A DNA stretch of 31,841 bases from Paraspadella gotoi (Eukaryota > Animalia > Chaetognatha). This document shows positions 13,243 to 24,198 of the stretch, one piece after another (the first letter of the stretch is position 1; every line of letters begins with the position of its first letter). The notes beneath the pieces are model-generated. The model saw only the letters and a list, made by a program, of their open reading frames with translations, ran no database searches and was not told the DNA's origin. Made by a program: the position numbers and the translations under genes. Location: positions 27,327,568 to 27,359,408 of the forward strand of contig CM119265.1 of NCBI GenBank assembly GCA_051294375.1, in the 5' to 3' direction.

Positions 13243-13368
13243 CGACGAAGAGGACGAAGAGGACGACGACGGCGACAACGACGACGAAGACGACGACGAC
13301 GGCGACAACGACGACGACGAAGACTTTAAATTATTGAAAGTTTTCTTTACTCGGCCGCTGAGCGTCAC
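13189..13368 (-). CDS. Candidate terminal coding exon: VTLSGRVKKTFNNLK + ~42-aa Ser-rich tail + AP-stop (unknown protein)
   Basis: Minus-strand acceptor with a long polypyrimidine tract (tctctgtctcaccgcag|GTG) and exactly 180 nt in phase 0 to TAA. The (TCG)n tract varies mainly at synonymous positions (TCT/TCC). The noisy copy at ~7159-7308 is frameshifted. Confidence 0.28.
13198..13323. repeat. Imperfect (CGA/GAC)n trinucleotide repeat (copy at ~7170-7262)
   Basis: cgacgacgac... with gaa/gag/aac/ggc interruptions. Confidence 0.95.
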
Positions 13369-13750
13369 CTGCGGTGAGACAGAGAGAGTGAGAGAGAGAG
13401 AGACAGAGAGAATGAGAGAGAGAGAGAGAGAGACAGAGAAAGAGAGAGAGAGAGAGATCTTTTGTTTTTCTTTCTCGATTCACGTTGGCGCCATCTTCTT
13501 TTTCTTCTTTCATTTCTTTTTATCTTTTTCTTCTTTTCTTTTCTTTTTTTAATTTTTTTCTCTAATTCTATTTTCTTTTTATTTCTTTCTTTATTTTCTT
13601 CTTTCCTCTTCCTCAAGTTCTCTTCCTCCTCCAATTGGAGTCTACAGTAAATTTAAATCTTTTTCTATTCCATTATATTTCGCATTTTTTGACCCCCCCC
13701 TCTTCGCCCCAGAGTTTATGGGTCGTGCTCTGAATTATTCGTCGTCGTCG

Positions 13751-13821
13751 TCGCCCCCGGGCCACGGCGATCGTCGTCGCCCCCTCAGAATACTTCGCCC
13801 CGGGCCACGGCGATCGTCGCG
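13751..13821 (+). repeat. Two direct copies of GC-rich ~26-mer tcgcccc(c)gggccacggcgatcgtcg (also ~7700-7765)
   Basis: Units start at ~13751 and ~13795; a TGATAAG GATA motif follows at ~13853. Confidence 0.8.
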
Positions 13822-13919
13822 CCGCCTCTCGTCGGAATTTTGACTTAACCCGTGATAAGCTGATGTGAGCCGCTGTGCGTCTCTATGGGCTTAGTTTGTT
13901 TCACCGGCCGGTGCTGTTA

Positions 13920-13956
13920 TTTCTTTCTTTCTTTCTGTTCTTTCTGTTCTTTCTGT

Positions 13957-14011
<55 letters not shown>

Positions 14012-14013
14012 GT

Positions 14014-14060
<47 letters not shown>

Positions 14061-14062
14061 GT

Positions 14063-14110
<48 letters not shown>

Positions 14111-14112
14111 TC
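13920..14112. repeat. (TTTC)n microsatellite with TTCTG variants (copy ~7864-8043)
   Basis: Direct observation. Confidence 0.95.
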
Positions 14113-14405
14113 AGTCCAGAATAATAAATATTAAAAACATTCCTTAGGTTGTAACCGCGGCTCCAGTAACTTCTTCATCCAGTTTGTTCCTTCTCAGTCT
14201 CTTAAAAGAAAATAAAAGAAATTAAATAGAGAAGAACAGAAAGAAAAGAAAACTAACAAAATAGAGAAGAAGAGAAAGAGAAGAAAACTAACAAAATAGA
14301 GAGGAAGTAGCGATCCTCGTCCCGATTCGTAAATAAACAAAAGACGTCGATCGAGGATTAAAGGAAAAGAGAGAAGAATCCTCTTCCGGTCAATTCTCAT
14401 CCGGA

Positions 14406-14460
14406 CCGGAATCTCGGCCGGGTGTCTCGGCCGGTTGTCTCGGCCGGAATCTCGACCGGA
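14406..14460 (+). repeat. 4 x TCTCG(G/A)CCGG at 12-13 bp period
   Basis: Units at 14412, 14425, 14438, 14450. Confidence 0.85.
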
Positions 14461-14517
14461 TCGGATCTGAGGAGTTTTTACGCTCAAAATTCCAATGCAG
14501 CTAATATATATGCAGCT

Positions 14518-14528
14518 TATATAAAAAG
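14518..14528 (+). promoter_or_regulatory. Candidate TATA box TATATAAAAAG
   Basis: Canonical TATAWAWR, preceded by duplicated ATGCAGCT and a GC-rich tandem repeat, and upstream of candidate + strand exons. Confidence 0.3.
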
Positions 14529-14820
14529 TTTGTGTCTTGACTTTCGTCCAGAGAAACGACGAGGACGACGACCACAATGATAGCAATATCTAAAACAACA
14601 ACAACAACNNNNNNNNNNNNNNNNNNNNNNNNNAACGTTCACTATTTTTAACCCTTATTTCCCTTTCTCCACTTTTTAACCACAATGATAACTTTTTTTC
14701 TTCCTCATCAGGCCAGACGTAGATATCATTCAATTCTTAGCACTTATAGTATTTACTACGACAGTATTGTGCTTACATCGCGATACTCAATCGGTTAAAT
14801 GAATTTACTTTTCATTTTAG

Positions 14821-14930
14821 TTTAAGATAGCAAGAATGAAGAGAGCAGAGAAGATGGCTCTTAATGATGAGACGCAATGATGTAAAGAAAGCATAGTTAG
14901 AAGCAGACATTTTGATGATGACAGACTTAT
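14821..14930 (+). other. Candidate spliced exon (5' UTR/uORF or coding with an in-frame TGA)
   Basis: Acceptor ttttcattttag| at 14820 and donor |gtaaga at 14931; reads FKIARMKRAEKMALNDETQ*CKESIVRSRHFDDDRL. Confidence 0.25.
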
Positions 14931-15228
14931 GTAAGATGTGTGTGTGTGTGTGTCAAATGAAATCGGGAAGCCCAAATTACGCGGGTTGTAATTAAGTTTG
15001 TTTGCGTTGTCTAGTTTACTAGTTTGAATTGTTCTGTCTGTATGCTCTTATATAAATTTCAGCTCTCGTTATGATTTGTTTTTAGTAAATCGACTCTCTG
15101 TTTTTAAGATAATTATCATATGTTTGTTGTTGTTGTTGTTGTGTCGTTTGTTGTTTATTGTTTGTTTGTTGTTTGTTGTTTTGTTGTTGTGTTATTCCGT
15201 CGTCGTCGTCGTCGTCGTTCCATTCAGA

Positions 15229-15300
15229 ATGATCACCAACTTTGCGGTTTCTTATTCATCCGCGGAATGTGACCACACAAATTCCTTTTTGTCCTCGTCG

Positions 15301-15371
<71 letters not shown>

Positions 15372-15507
15372 TCCTGGGTACTGTGATGTCATCGATCTGC
15401 CATCAATGCCATCAATACCATTAATGCCACCTGCGATTTCCACGAAGATTCGATTCTTTGAAAGAGAAAGTGAACTAAAGAATTCAGGCGACAATGAAAG
15501 ATTTCAG
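15229..15507 (+). CDS. Candidate coding exon, unknown protein: MITNFAVSYSSAECDHTNSFL-polySer-PGYCDVIDLPSMPSIPLMPPAISTKIRFFERESELKNSGDNERFQ
   Basis: Acceptor ttccattcag| at 15227, ATG at 15229, 93 open codons to a weak donor CAG|gttttt at 15508. Sequence is more complex and GC-richer than the flanks. Confidence 0.3.
15299..15371. repeat. (TCA)n trinucleotide repeat
   Basis: ~23 perfect TCA units. Confidence 0.97.
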
Positions 15508-15983
15508 GTTTTTGAAAATTTGATATTTTTCGGGCTAATTGTTGAGTATATTTTTAGTTCGAATTCAATAAATAAAGTTGTTAACAAAGCATCATACACA
15601 CAACAGATTTATTATTTATATTTATTTTTATATTTTTTTTATATCCGTTTAAGCAATATAAATAATTTATTATACAAAATTTAAAAAAAATCTTTTTCCT
15701 CCATCGCCTGAAAAAAAAGATCAAAGGTGCCGCTCTCTTAGATCCCCATCTTTGGGTTTTCCTTGATTCTATCACTCTCTCTCTCTCTCTCNNNNNNNNN
15801 NNNNNNNNNNNNNNNNNNNNNNNNNNNNNNNNNNNNNNNNNNNNNNNNNNNNNNNNNNNNNNNNNNNNNNNNNNNNNNNNNNNNNNNNNNNNNNNNNNNN
15901 NNNNNNNNNNNNNNNNNNNNNNNNNNNNNNNNNNNNNNNNNNNNNNNNNNNNNNNNNNNNNNNNNNNNNNNNNNNNNNNNNNN

Positions 15984-16016
<33 letters not shown>

Positions 16017-17103
16017 GATTGAGCTCGTGCGATTTGGAACAAAAATGTTATTAATCGACGCTTTTTTAAAAAGAAAAAGTCAGTTGAATATTATATTACA
16101 TTATATTACAACTTTGACAATAACCCAGGTGTATTTCACAAAGAAGCTTATTTGTAAAAAAAAGAAATAAAAAACCAAAAATGACTAAATCACATGAAAA
16201 ACTTTGGCTTTTTCATCCGACAACATTCTTTCCCTCTCACTTTTTCCCCTTTACCCCCTCACACCCCGCAGGCCCCATCAAGACCCCACGTTTGAAAGCG
16301 AAACGTGCTTAGAATCAGAATTTGTAAGATTCATCTTACATTTTTCACTTCTAATCTCAACGATTTTCTCTGATGTCGCCGCCATTCTTTTCTCTCTCTT
16401 CTCTCTCTCATTCTCTCGTCTCATTCTCTCTCTCTCTCTCTCGGCTAGGCACTACCCATTCATTAGATTTTTATGGCAAAAAATCAACATCTTCCAGCTG
16501 AGGTTAAAGGGGCGGGGAGAGGAGAAGATGAGGGAGAAGAGAGAGAGAGAGAAGAGACGGAGAGATAGGAGAGAGAGGCTGAAAAAAACAGAAAAAAATA
16601 TGCAAATTAAATTTTTACAGTGTTTTTTCTTTTTTTCTTATCTTCTTTAGTGAAAGAAAATAAAGATGAAAGGTGCGCCGGGAAAAATTTTTTCCGGATA
16701 ACTCGAGTTATCTAAGAATGCATTGTCAAAGACGCGCACCTCTCTTCTCTCTCTCTCATCTCTCTCTCTTCTCTTCTGCTCTCTCTCTCTCTCTCTCTCT
16801 CTCTGCTCTCTTTGTTCTTCTTTCATTTTCTCTCAACTATCTCACGTGTGTAAAATTTTTTTTTAGAGAAACGAGTAAAAGGACGAGAGAGAGAGGGAGA
16901 GGACACAAAAAAGTAAAGAAAAATGTAAAATCCCGCGCGTTTATTTGGACTTATCTATTCTTTTCTTAGTTCTTTTCTTTGATCTTTGCCGCAAAAACCT
17001 TTTCAACCGAAAAAGACACTGAATTTTTTGGGAAAAAACTCAACTCAAAAAAGGGAGAAAAAATTCGGGATTAGTGAATTCACAAACTTTATCTCTTTTC
17101 TTG

Positions 17104-17141
<38 letters not shown>

Positions 17142-18269
17142 AAAAACAACAAAAAACTGGCGATAGAAAAAAGCGATCACAGATCTTTTCTTTTAAGATT
17201 TTTCCTTTTTCTTTACAATTTTTTTTTATAAAATTCAGATAAAAAAACATAAAAAAAACTAGATCGTCCTCTTTTCCTCTTCCCTCTTCCTCTTCCCCTT
17301 TCCCTCGCATCTACTTTTCCTCTTCCCTCTTCCATCTCCCTAGAAGAATAGAATCTTCGTCTCTATTTTCTTTAAGATTTTTCTTCAAATTTGATAGGAG
17401 AGAAATATTACCATTTTTAAAAAAAAAGGCAAAGCCTCCCCTTAAATCTTCTTTTAATTTTTTTTCCTTTTTTCCATCGAATATTAAGTTTTTCTTCTCT
17501 CCCCTTAAAGTCTCTACTTTCTCTTTTTTGTTTTCCCTTAAATTGTTTACGTTTTTTGTTGTCCTTTGTTCTTTTGTTTCGATGAACAAAAACGGGTTTT
17601 CGCTTTTTTAGATCCAAAAAAAAAAAAAAAAAAATTCGCGCAGGAAAAAGAGATTAAATCGGAAAAAAAGGAAGAAAAATTATTATTAAAAAAAGGGGAG
17701 AAATAAATCTGGTTTTTATTAAAAATCTCAATAGTGAACCGGTAAAGAAGACGACAATTTGAGATAGAGAGAAAAATAGAAATCTTGACGTTTTAATCAA
17801 TTTTAAAAAAAATAGTAGTACATTGTTTTGGAGAGTTGGTGCCAAGAATGTTTATTAGTTAATATAAAATATTTAAGGAATGATAAAATAGTTAATGTAA
17901 GAAAATTTAAAGGAACAATTTCACGATACTTTTGGCATTCCTTATTTATCAATGTTTTATTTCTTACAGCATTTTATACTTTCGCCGCATAATATGCCTT
18001 ATTTTCTTTCCGAATTTTTTAATCGTTTTTACAGCATTTTTCATCTTCTTCACAGCAGATGCTTCTTCTCTGCCGCATCCCGCTGCGGGCGCTGCAGCCG
18101 CTGAGCGAGATCGGGCGCTATGTATATTAGAAAGTTGTAAAAAATTCGAAATGAAAAGGCGAGATGCGGTGGGAAGAAAGAGAGCAAGAAGAAGATCCGG
18201 GAGAGAGGAGGAGAGAGAGGAGAGAGAGAAGCGGGAGGGTAGGAGGCGAAGCATGAGAAGAGAGAGAAA

Positions 18270-18659
18270 ATAATAGAGACAGAGAGAGGAGAGGAAGAGA
18301 GAGAGAGGCAGAGAGAGCGAGGAGAGAGAGAGAGAGAGAGAGAGAAAGAAAGAGAAGAGAGATTTTCAAGGAATGTTTTATTCTGCCCGGTCAAGATCAG
18401 CGGAAGGCAAGGAAAAGAAAAAAAGGAAAGGAGGAAAAAAAGAAAGGGATTGAGAATGATAAGAGGAAGACGATCGATGGAGGTAAGAAGATTTGAAAAA
18501 ATAAACTCGAAGAAAGATAAAAAAGAGAAATAGGGAAATAGGAAAAGGAAAGGAGAAAGAAAATGAACAACGAAAGAAAAGAAAAGAAAAGAAAAGAAGA
18601 AGATAAGAAAGAAAAGAAAAGAAAAGAAAGAAAGAAAAAAGAAATGAAATTGGAAAGTA

Positions 18660-18695
<36 letters not shown>

Positions 18696-20255
18696 AGAGA
18701 GACGAGAGAGAGGAAGAGAGAGAGAGAGGATAGAGAGAGATTTATCTCTCCCTGGGTGGGGCGGCCAGGGCTGCGGAATACAAGAGGGAAATCGTAAGTA
18801 AGATTGACTTGTTGTATGCGCTGTTGTTTAAGAATTTACGATCGGTGATTAAGGGAGGGGAGGTTGGGAATAGGAGGGAGAGAGGGTTAGATGGGATGAG
18901 AAACGTTAGGGGGGCGGTGAGAAGGTGTTGCAGGGATTGGGATCAGATATGGATGTAGGACTGCTGGGGTTAGAAGACCCGTTGGACAAGGATAGTAGGA
19001 AGGTTGGCAATTCGGGAAGAGGGCAGGGTTGTGGATAGGTAAGATTAAGGGTTTAAAGGGTTATGAACAGAATGTTATGAGCAGAGAGGAGCAGAGAGAG
19101 AAGAGAGAGAGAGAGAGAGTATGAGAGAGAGAGACGAGAAGAGAGAGAGAAATTGGAAGGAGAGAAGCGGCGAAGACATAAGAAATAATTGTGATGACTG
19201 AGTCATTGTGATTGTGACGTGGAGTTTTAACGACAAGAGTGAACAAGGAACAGTGGAGCATGGGTTTACAAACAACGATACCACAGAGGAATAGGTTTAC
19301 ACAGTGCGTTCGGTGTTGATCGCGGCTAAATGCAAGAACGTTTGTTTTTAGATAGTAATCAATAAGATCTGATAATAATATTATTGTTGCGTAAATGAAT
19401 AGTAGTTATCGATGCTATCATTAACAATTGGTTTACATCGTTAAATATCTATCTGCCTCAGTGTCTTGTTTTGTTTTGCAAAACTTTATTTGCTAATGAT
19501 CAGCCTTCCTCTTGCCCTATGGTCAATGGGTCAGTTGCCCAGTGAGATTTTGTCATTTTCCTTTTATGACCAAAATGTCATCTCGTCGTTTTTTCTTTCT
19601 GAAGTCTATGTTCTTATCTTGCTCGTTTCGCAGCGTGTTTCGCACTTCGCTCGGATTTGCCGTGTGCGCCGCCCGCCTAAGTGCACCAGGGACGACATGC
19701 GGCCGGCGACCGGTCCCAAGGTGTATGCTGTATGGGCAATGCCCACAAACTTGCAGGTGCCCGCCTTGCGCCCTATTGTGACGCGGAAAATGGTGATTTA
19801 CGACGACGTAATCGGTCAAGTTTTCGTCGGACATGAAGAAGACGACGACAATCGAAAAGAAACGAACAACTGAGACGATACGAGTACGACAAGTGAGATT
19901 GTGAAGCGTCATCGATTGGTGTTTAGCTTATTCGTCACATATACTCATGCATATCATCATCATTCGATCATGCATCATCATCATCATGGGTGTGATTCAT
20001 CATGTCATCATCATCGAATAGTCGTCATCACATGCGACCTCATCTTTATCTTTGGCCTCATACCATCATGAGCAAACCGAATGTTCCTTTTAAGATCAAA
20101 TTTATCCACGAACGAGCTGACGACATATTTGGTTGTGGGTGTGTTATCATTTGGTCGTGGTCGTCGTCGTCGTCCGTCGTCGTCGTACTTTTTTGATGTT
20201 AACAAATTTCAACCAAATCGTGTATTCGGACTGTTGTGTAAAAATTTCTTCTCTC
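18270..20255 (+). repeat. Block B, highly noisy copy of ~22270-24198
   Basis: Anchors: gtgatgactgagtca (~19191/~23267), ttgccctatggtcaatgggtca (19513/23521), tcgtcggacatgaagaagacgacgacaa (~19824/~23787), atcgattggtgtttagctta (~19911/~23877). A further partial copy lies at 22096-22260. Confidence 0.9.
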
Positions 20256-20329
20256 TCATCGTTGCGCGTCATTCTTCTCATTCTCGTAGCCGATCAGGAT
20301 GGGTCTCTGCATGCTCTCGTCTCACGAGT

Positions 20330-20345
20330 CCTCTTTTCTCTCTCG

Positions 20346-20377
<32 letters not shown>

Positions 20378-21099
20378 GCTCTTCGGACCCTGTCACCCAC
20401 TGATCTTTCATGTCAACCGCTTCATCTCTGGCCTCTCATTGTCTCCATCATGCCGACACGCCGGCTGCGATTGGCCCGTCGGCATCGGTACCAGGCGACT
20501 GAGTCGGAGACGCTCTCGGGAAAAGACCAAACAAAAAAAAATGCGGAGTATCGAAAATCTCTGTCGTCGTCGTCGGTGTTATCGTCTATCGTCGTCGTCG
20601 TCGTCGCGTCGTCGTCGCGTTTTTGGATCAGAAGTCCTCGTCGCTAGATCAAACATCGTGAGGAAGAGAAAACAAGGATTGGAAGGGAGAGGAAGAGATG
20701 GGAGAGATAGAGGAAGGAAAAAAAGGAAGGAGGGAGGGGAGAGGGAGAGAAGAGGGAGAGGAGAGGCAAAAAAGAGAACCCGGGGGAGGAGAAGGAGAGG
20801 GAAGGAAGGAAGAAGAGAAAAAAAAGGAGAGGGAAGGAAGACAGGAGAGAGGAGGTTAGGGTAGTGAGAGGAAGGGTGGGGAGATGGGAGAAGGAATAAT
20901 AAAGGGAGAAAGAGGGAGAGAGAGGAGGAAAGAAAAAAGAAATGGGAGAGGCAGAAGGAAATGTAAGGTGTAAGAAAAATATTTAAGACAAGGAAAATAA
21001 TTGATCTTACAGCAAAGAAGAAAAAAGTTTTATTTCTATTCTTTTTGTTTTACCTTTTTTAACGCCTAAATATCGACATCTCGAGAGAGAGAGAAAGAG

Positions 21100-21136
<37 letters not shown>

Positions 21137-22070
21137 AGAGAGAGAGAGAAAGAAGAGAGGAGAGAAAGAGAAGAGAGAAGAGAGAGAGAGGAGAGAGAAC
21201 CGAAACGATTGGACAAAATTCAGATTGACTCAAAAATTCGACCCAAAAAAATCTTCGTTCTCTTGAGTCAGAAATTTATTAATTCTCCCACAAAAATCTC
21301 GAAACGTGGAACATATGCCGCCCGCCGCGCCCGCGCCGGCCGGCCGCCGCCCCCGGCCCGCGCCGGCGCCACTTTTGTGTCGCTTTTTTTATGCGACCCT
21401 TCGAGTCGCTTTGGCTATTCAAACACCATTCTTTCCTTTATCCCATTTTTCAATCAGTCTCTCTCTCTCTCTTCATCTTCTCTCTCTCTCTCTCTCTCTC
21501 TCTTTCCTCTCTCTCTTTCTCTCTTCTCTCTCTCTCTCTCTCCTCTTCTCATCTCTCTGATCTCTGTTTTTTTATAAAATAAACCATCAGTCTGAATCTC
21601 ATCGAAATTGGTCGCTGCTCTTTTTAACTTTTTCAGAAAATAATGTGTGTTTTGATATTAGATTAATACGTAATAAATGTAACATCTCATCGAAAATACC
21701 CAATACTCGCACTCACAAGATAATAGCCATTTCCTCAAAAAAACTTAACCGCCCCTCCGAAAACTATAACCTTATCGCCCGCAAACCTTCTTCCCCATTA
21801 AAAACCCCGTCTCCAAATTTACATAAATAAATAAAACTCCACTTTACCTTTAAAATAACAATTTACCCCAAAAGATAAATAAACACCCCCTACCCCACCT
21901 CCTCCTCCTCCCCACCCCACCTCCACCTCCACTCACCCTCACACCCCACCTCACCTCCCCCCTCCCCACCTCCCCCAATAAAAATCCCCCCCGCCTTTCT
22001 TCCCTAACCTATCTCTCTTTCTTCATGTGTCCTTTCTCTGTCCCCCCTCTGAAATTAATACTCACTCATC
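20330..22070 (+). repeat. Block C, noisy reverse complement of 29355-31185
   Basis: e.g. 20449 atgccgacacgccggctg matches the reverse complement of ~31019-31036; 21408 gctttggctattcaaacaccattct matches the reverse complement of ~29948-29971; 22061 ctcactcatc matches the reverse complement of 29355 gatgagtcgag. Confidence 0.9.
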
Positions 22071-22269
22071 NNNNNNNNNNNNNNNNNNNNNNNNNAATGA
22101 AAGGAAGGAAGACGTCGATGGAGGAAGAAGATTTGAAAAATAAAATCTCCGAAGAAAAGAAAAAAAGGAAATAAAATTCTAAAGAAAGAAAATAAGGAAA
22201 AGGAAAGGAGAAAAGAAAAATGAAAACGAAAGAAAAGAAAAGAAAAGAAAAGAAAAGAAAAGAGAGAGA

Positions 22270-22761
22270 GGGGAGTGAGAGAGAAGAGAGGAGAGAGAGA
22301 TGAGAGAGAGGAGAGAAGGAAAAAGAGAGAGAATAAGAGAGAGAAGAGAGAGAGAGGAGAGAGAGAGAGAGAGAAGGAGAGAGAGAAGAAGAGAGATTTT
22401 CCAAGGGATTTATTCTCCGGTGATCATAGAGGGACAGGAAATGAAAAGAAAAAAGGAAAGAAAAAGAAAAAAAAAAAGAAAGGAATTGAAATGGAAAGGG
22501 AAGAACGTCGATGGAGCGAAAGAAGATTTGAAAAAATAAATCTCCAGAAGAAAAAGAAAAAAAGGAAATAAATTTTCTAAAAAGAAGAAAAATAAGAAAA
22601 GGAAAGGAGAAAAAGAAAAATGAAAAGAAAGAAAAGAAAAGAAAAGAAGAAAAGAAAAGAAAGAAAAAGAAAAGAAAAGGAAACAGAATAGAAAAAAAAG
22701 AAAAAAAGAAACGAAAGAAAAAAAGAAATGAAATTGAAAAGAAGAAAGGAGAGAGAGAGGA

Positions 22762-22817
<56 letters not shown>

Positions 22818-23807
22818 TAGAGAGAGAGATTTTCTTCTCACCTCGCGTGGGCGCCAGCGCCTCGGAATCCAAGAAGGAAATCCTCAGCTAAGACTTGACT
22901 TTGTTTATCGCTTTATTAGAAATTCAAATCGATATTAAGGGAGGGGGTGGATAGAGGGGAGAGGTTAGATGGGATAGAGAAAAGGTTAGGGGAAAGGTGT
23001 GAGGATTGGATCAGATTGGATGGACTTGGGTTAGAGACGTTGACAAGGATAGTAGAGGTTGCAATTGGGAGAGGCGGGATTGTGGAAGGTCAAGGTTAAA
23101 GGGATTTGAAATGTTTAAAAGAGAGAGAGAGGAGGAGAGAGAGAGAGAGAGAGAAGAGAGAGACAGAGAGAAGAGAAGAGAAGGAGATNNNNNNNNNNNN
23201 NNNNNNNNNNNNNAGAGAGAGAGAGAACCATCTGGAAGGGAAAAGGCGAGACATAAGAAAATAAATGTGATGACTGAGTCATGTGATTTGACGTGAGTCT
23301 TTAACTCGTTTAAACAACGAAATACCACAGAGAAAGGTTCACCCACGTACTGGTTGACGGATAAATGCACCTTTTGTTTTTACTAGTAATCAATAATCAT
23401 AATAATATTATTATAATAATAATATTATCTCTCATTACAATTGTTTACTCGTTAATTCTATCTCTCGTCGTCTTGTCTTGTTTTGCAAAACCTTTTTTGC
23501 TCACTGATCCCCTTCCCTTCTTGCCCTATGGTCAATGGGTCATGTTGCCATTTTGGTCATTTTCCTTTTCATGACCACAAATGTCATCTCGTCGTCTTTT
23601 CTCTTCTCTCTCCTTCTTTCTTCCTCGTTTCGCACGTGTTTCGCCTCCGCCCTTTGCCGCCGCCGCCCGCCACTGTCGCCACCCGCCACTGCCGCCGCGC
23701 CGCCCGCCACTGCCGCCGCCCGCCTCTGCCGCCCATATTCTTTGACGCCCGAAAATGTCGATTTACACGACGTAATCAGGTCAGGTTCGTCGGACATGAA
23801 GAAGACG

Positions 23808-23839
<32 letters not shown>

Positions 23840-23900
23840 GATAACGACGACGACAAGTGCAGATTGTGAATGCGCCATCGATTGGTGTTTAGCTTACTCA

Positions 23901-23975
<75 letters not shown>

Positions 23976-24198
23976 AGTCGTCATCACATCACGCCTCATC
24001 TTATCTTTGGCCTCATCTCATCCATGAGCAAAACCATTGTTCACTTTTAAATCAAACTTTATCCGCCGCTGACCATTTTGTTGTCGTTGTTATCTTTGTC
24101 GTGGTCGTCGTCGTCGTCGTCGTCGTCGTCGTCTTTTTTGATTTCAAATTCAACAAATCGTTTTCGACTTTGTGTCAAAAATCTCTCTCTCTCTCTCT
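22270..24198 (+). repeat. Block B cleaner copy, containing (CCCGCCACTGCCGCCG)-type repeat 23655-23735, (CGACAA)n 23804-23855 and (CAT)n 23901-23975
   Basis: Collinear with 18270-20255; internal simple repeats seen directly. Confidence 0.9.

Larger units (their letters stand above)
9735..14354 (+). repeat. Block A copy 2
   Basis: Collinear with 3750-8276. The first ~500 nt (9735-10250) carry many extra inserted bases, as in raw single-pass long-read sequence. Confidence 0.93.

Noticed and set aside
3750-14354. Real segmental duplication or LTR/direct-repeat-bounded element
   Set aside because: Indel-dominated divergence, 25-N placeholders at junctions, and no TG...CA ends, target-site duplication, PBS/PPT or coding capacity.
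15242-15494. Poly-His (+) or poly-Asp (-) proteins from the (TCA)n repeat; also poly-His at 23901-23975
   Set aside because: Alternative frames of simple trinucleotide repeats without splice or start support; the Ser frame has better boundaries at 15228-15507.
19466-19912. Apparently complex ORFs of 89-135 aa
   Set aside because: They lie in the corrupted copy of 23470-23880, so the complexity comes from sequencing noise in a GC repeat.
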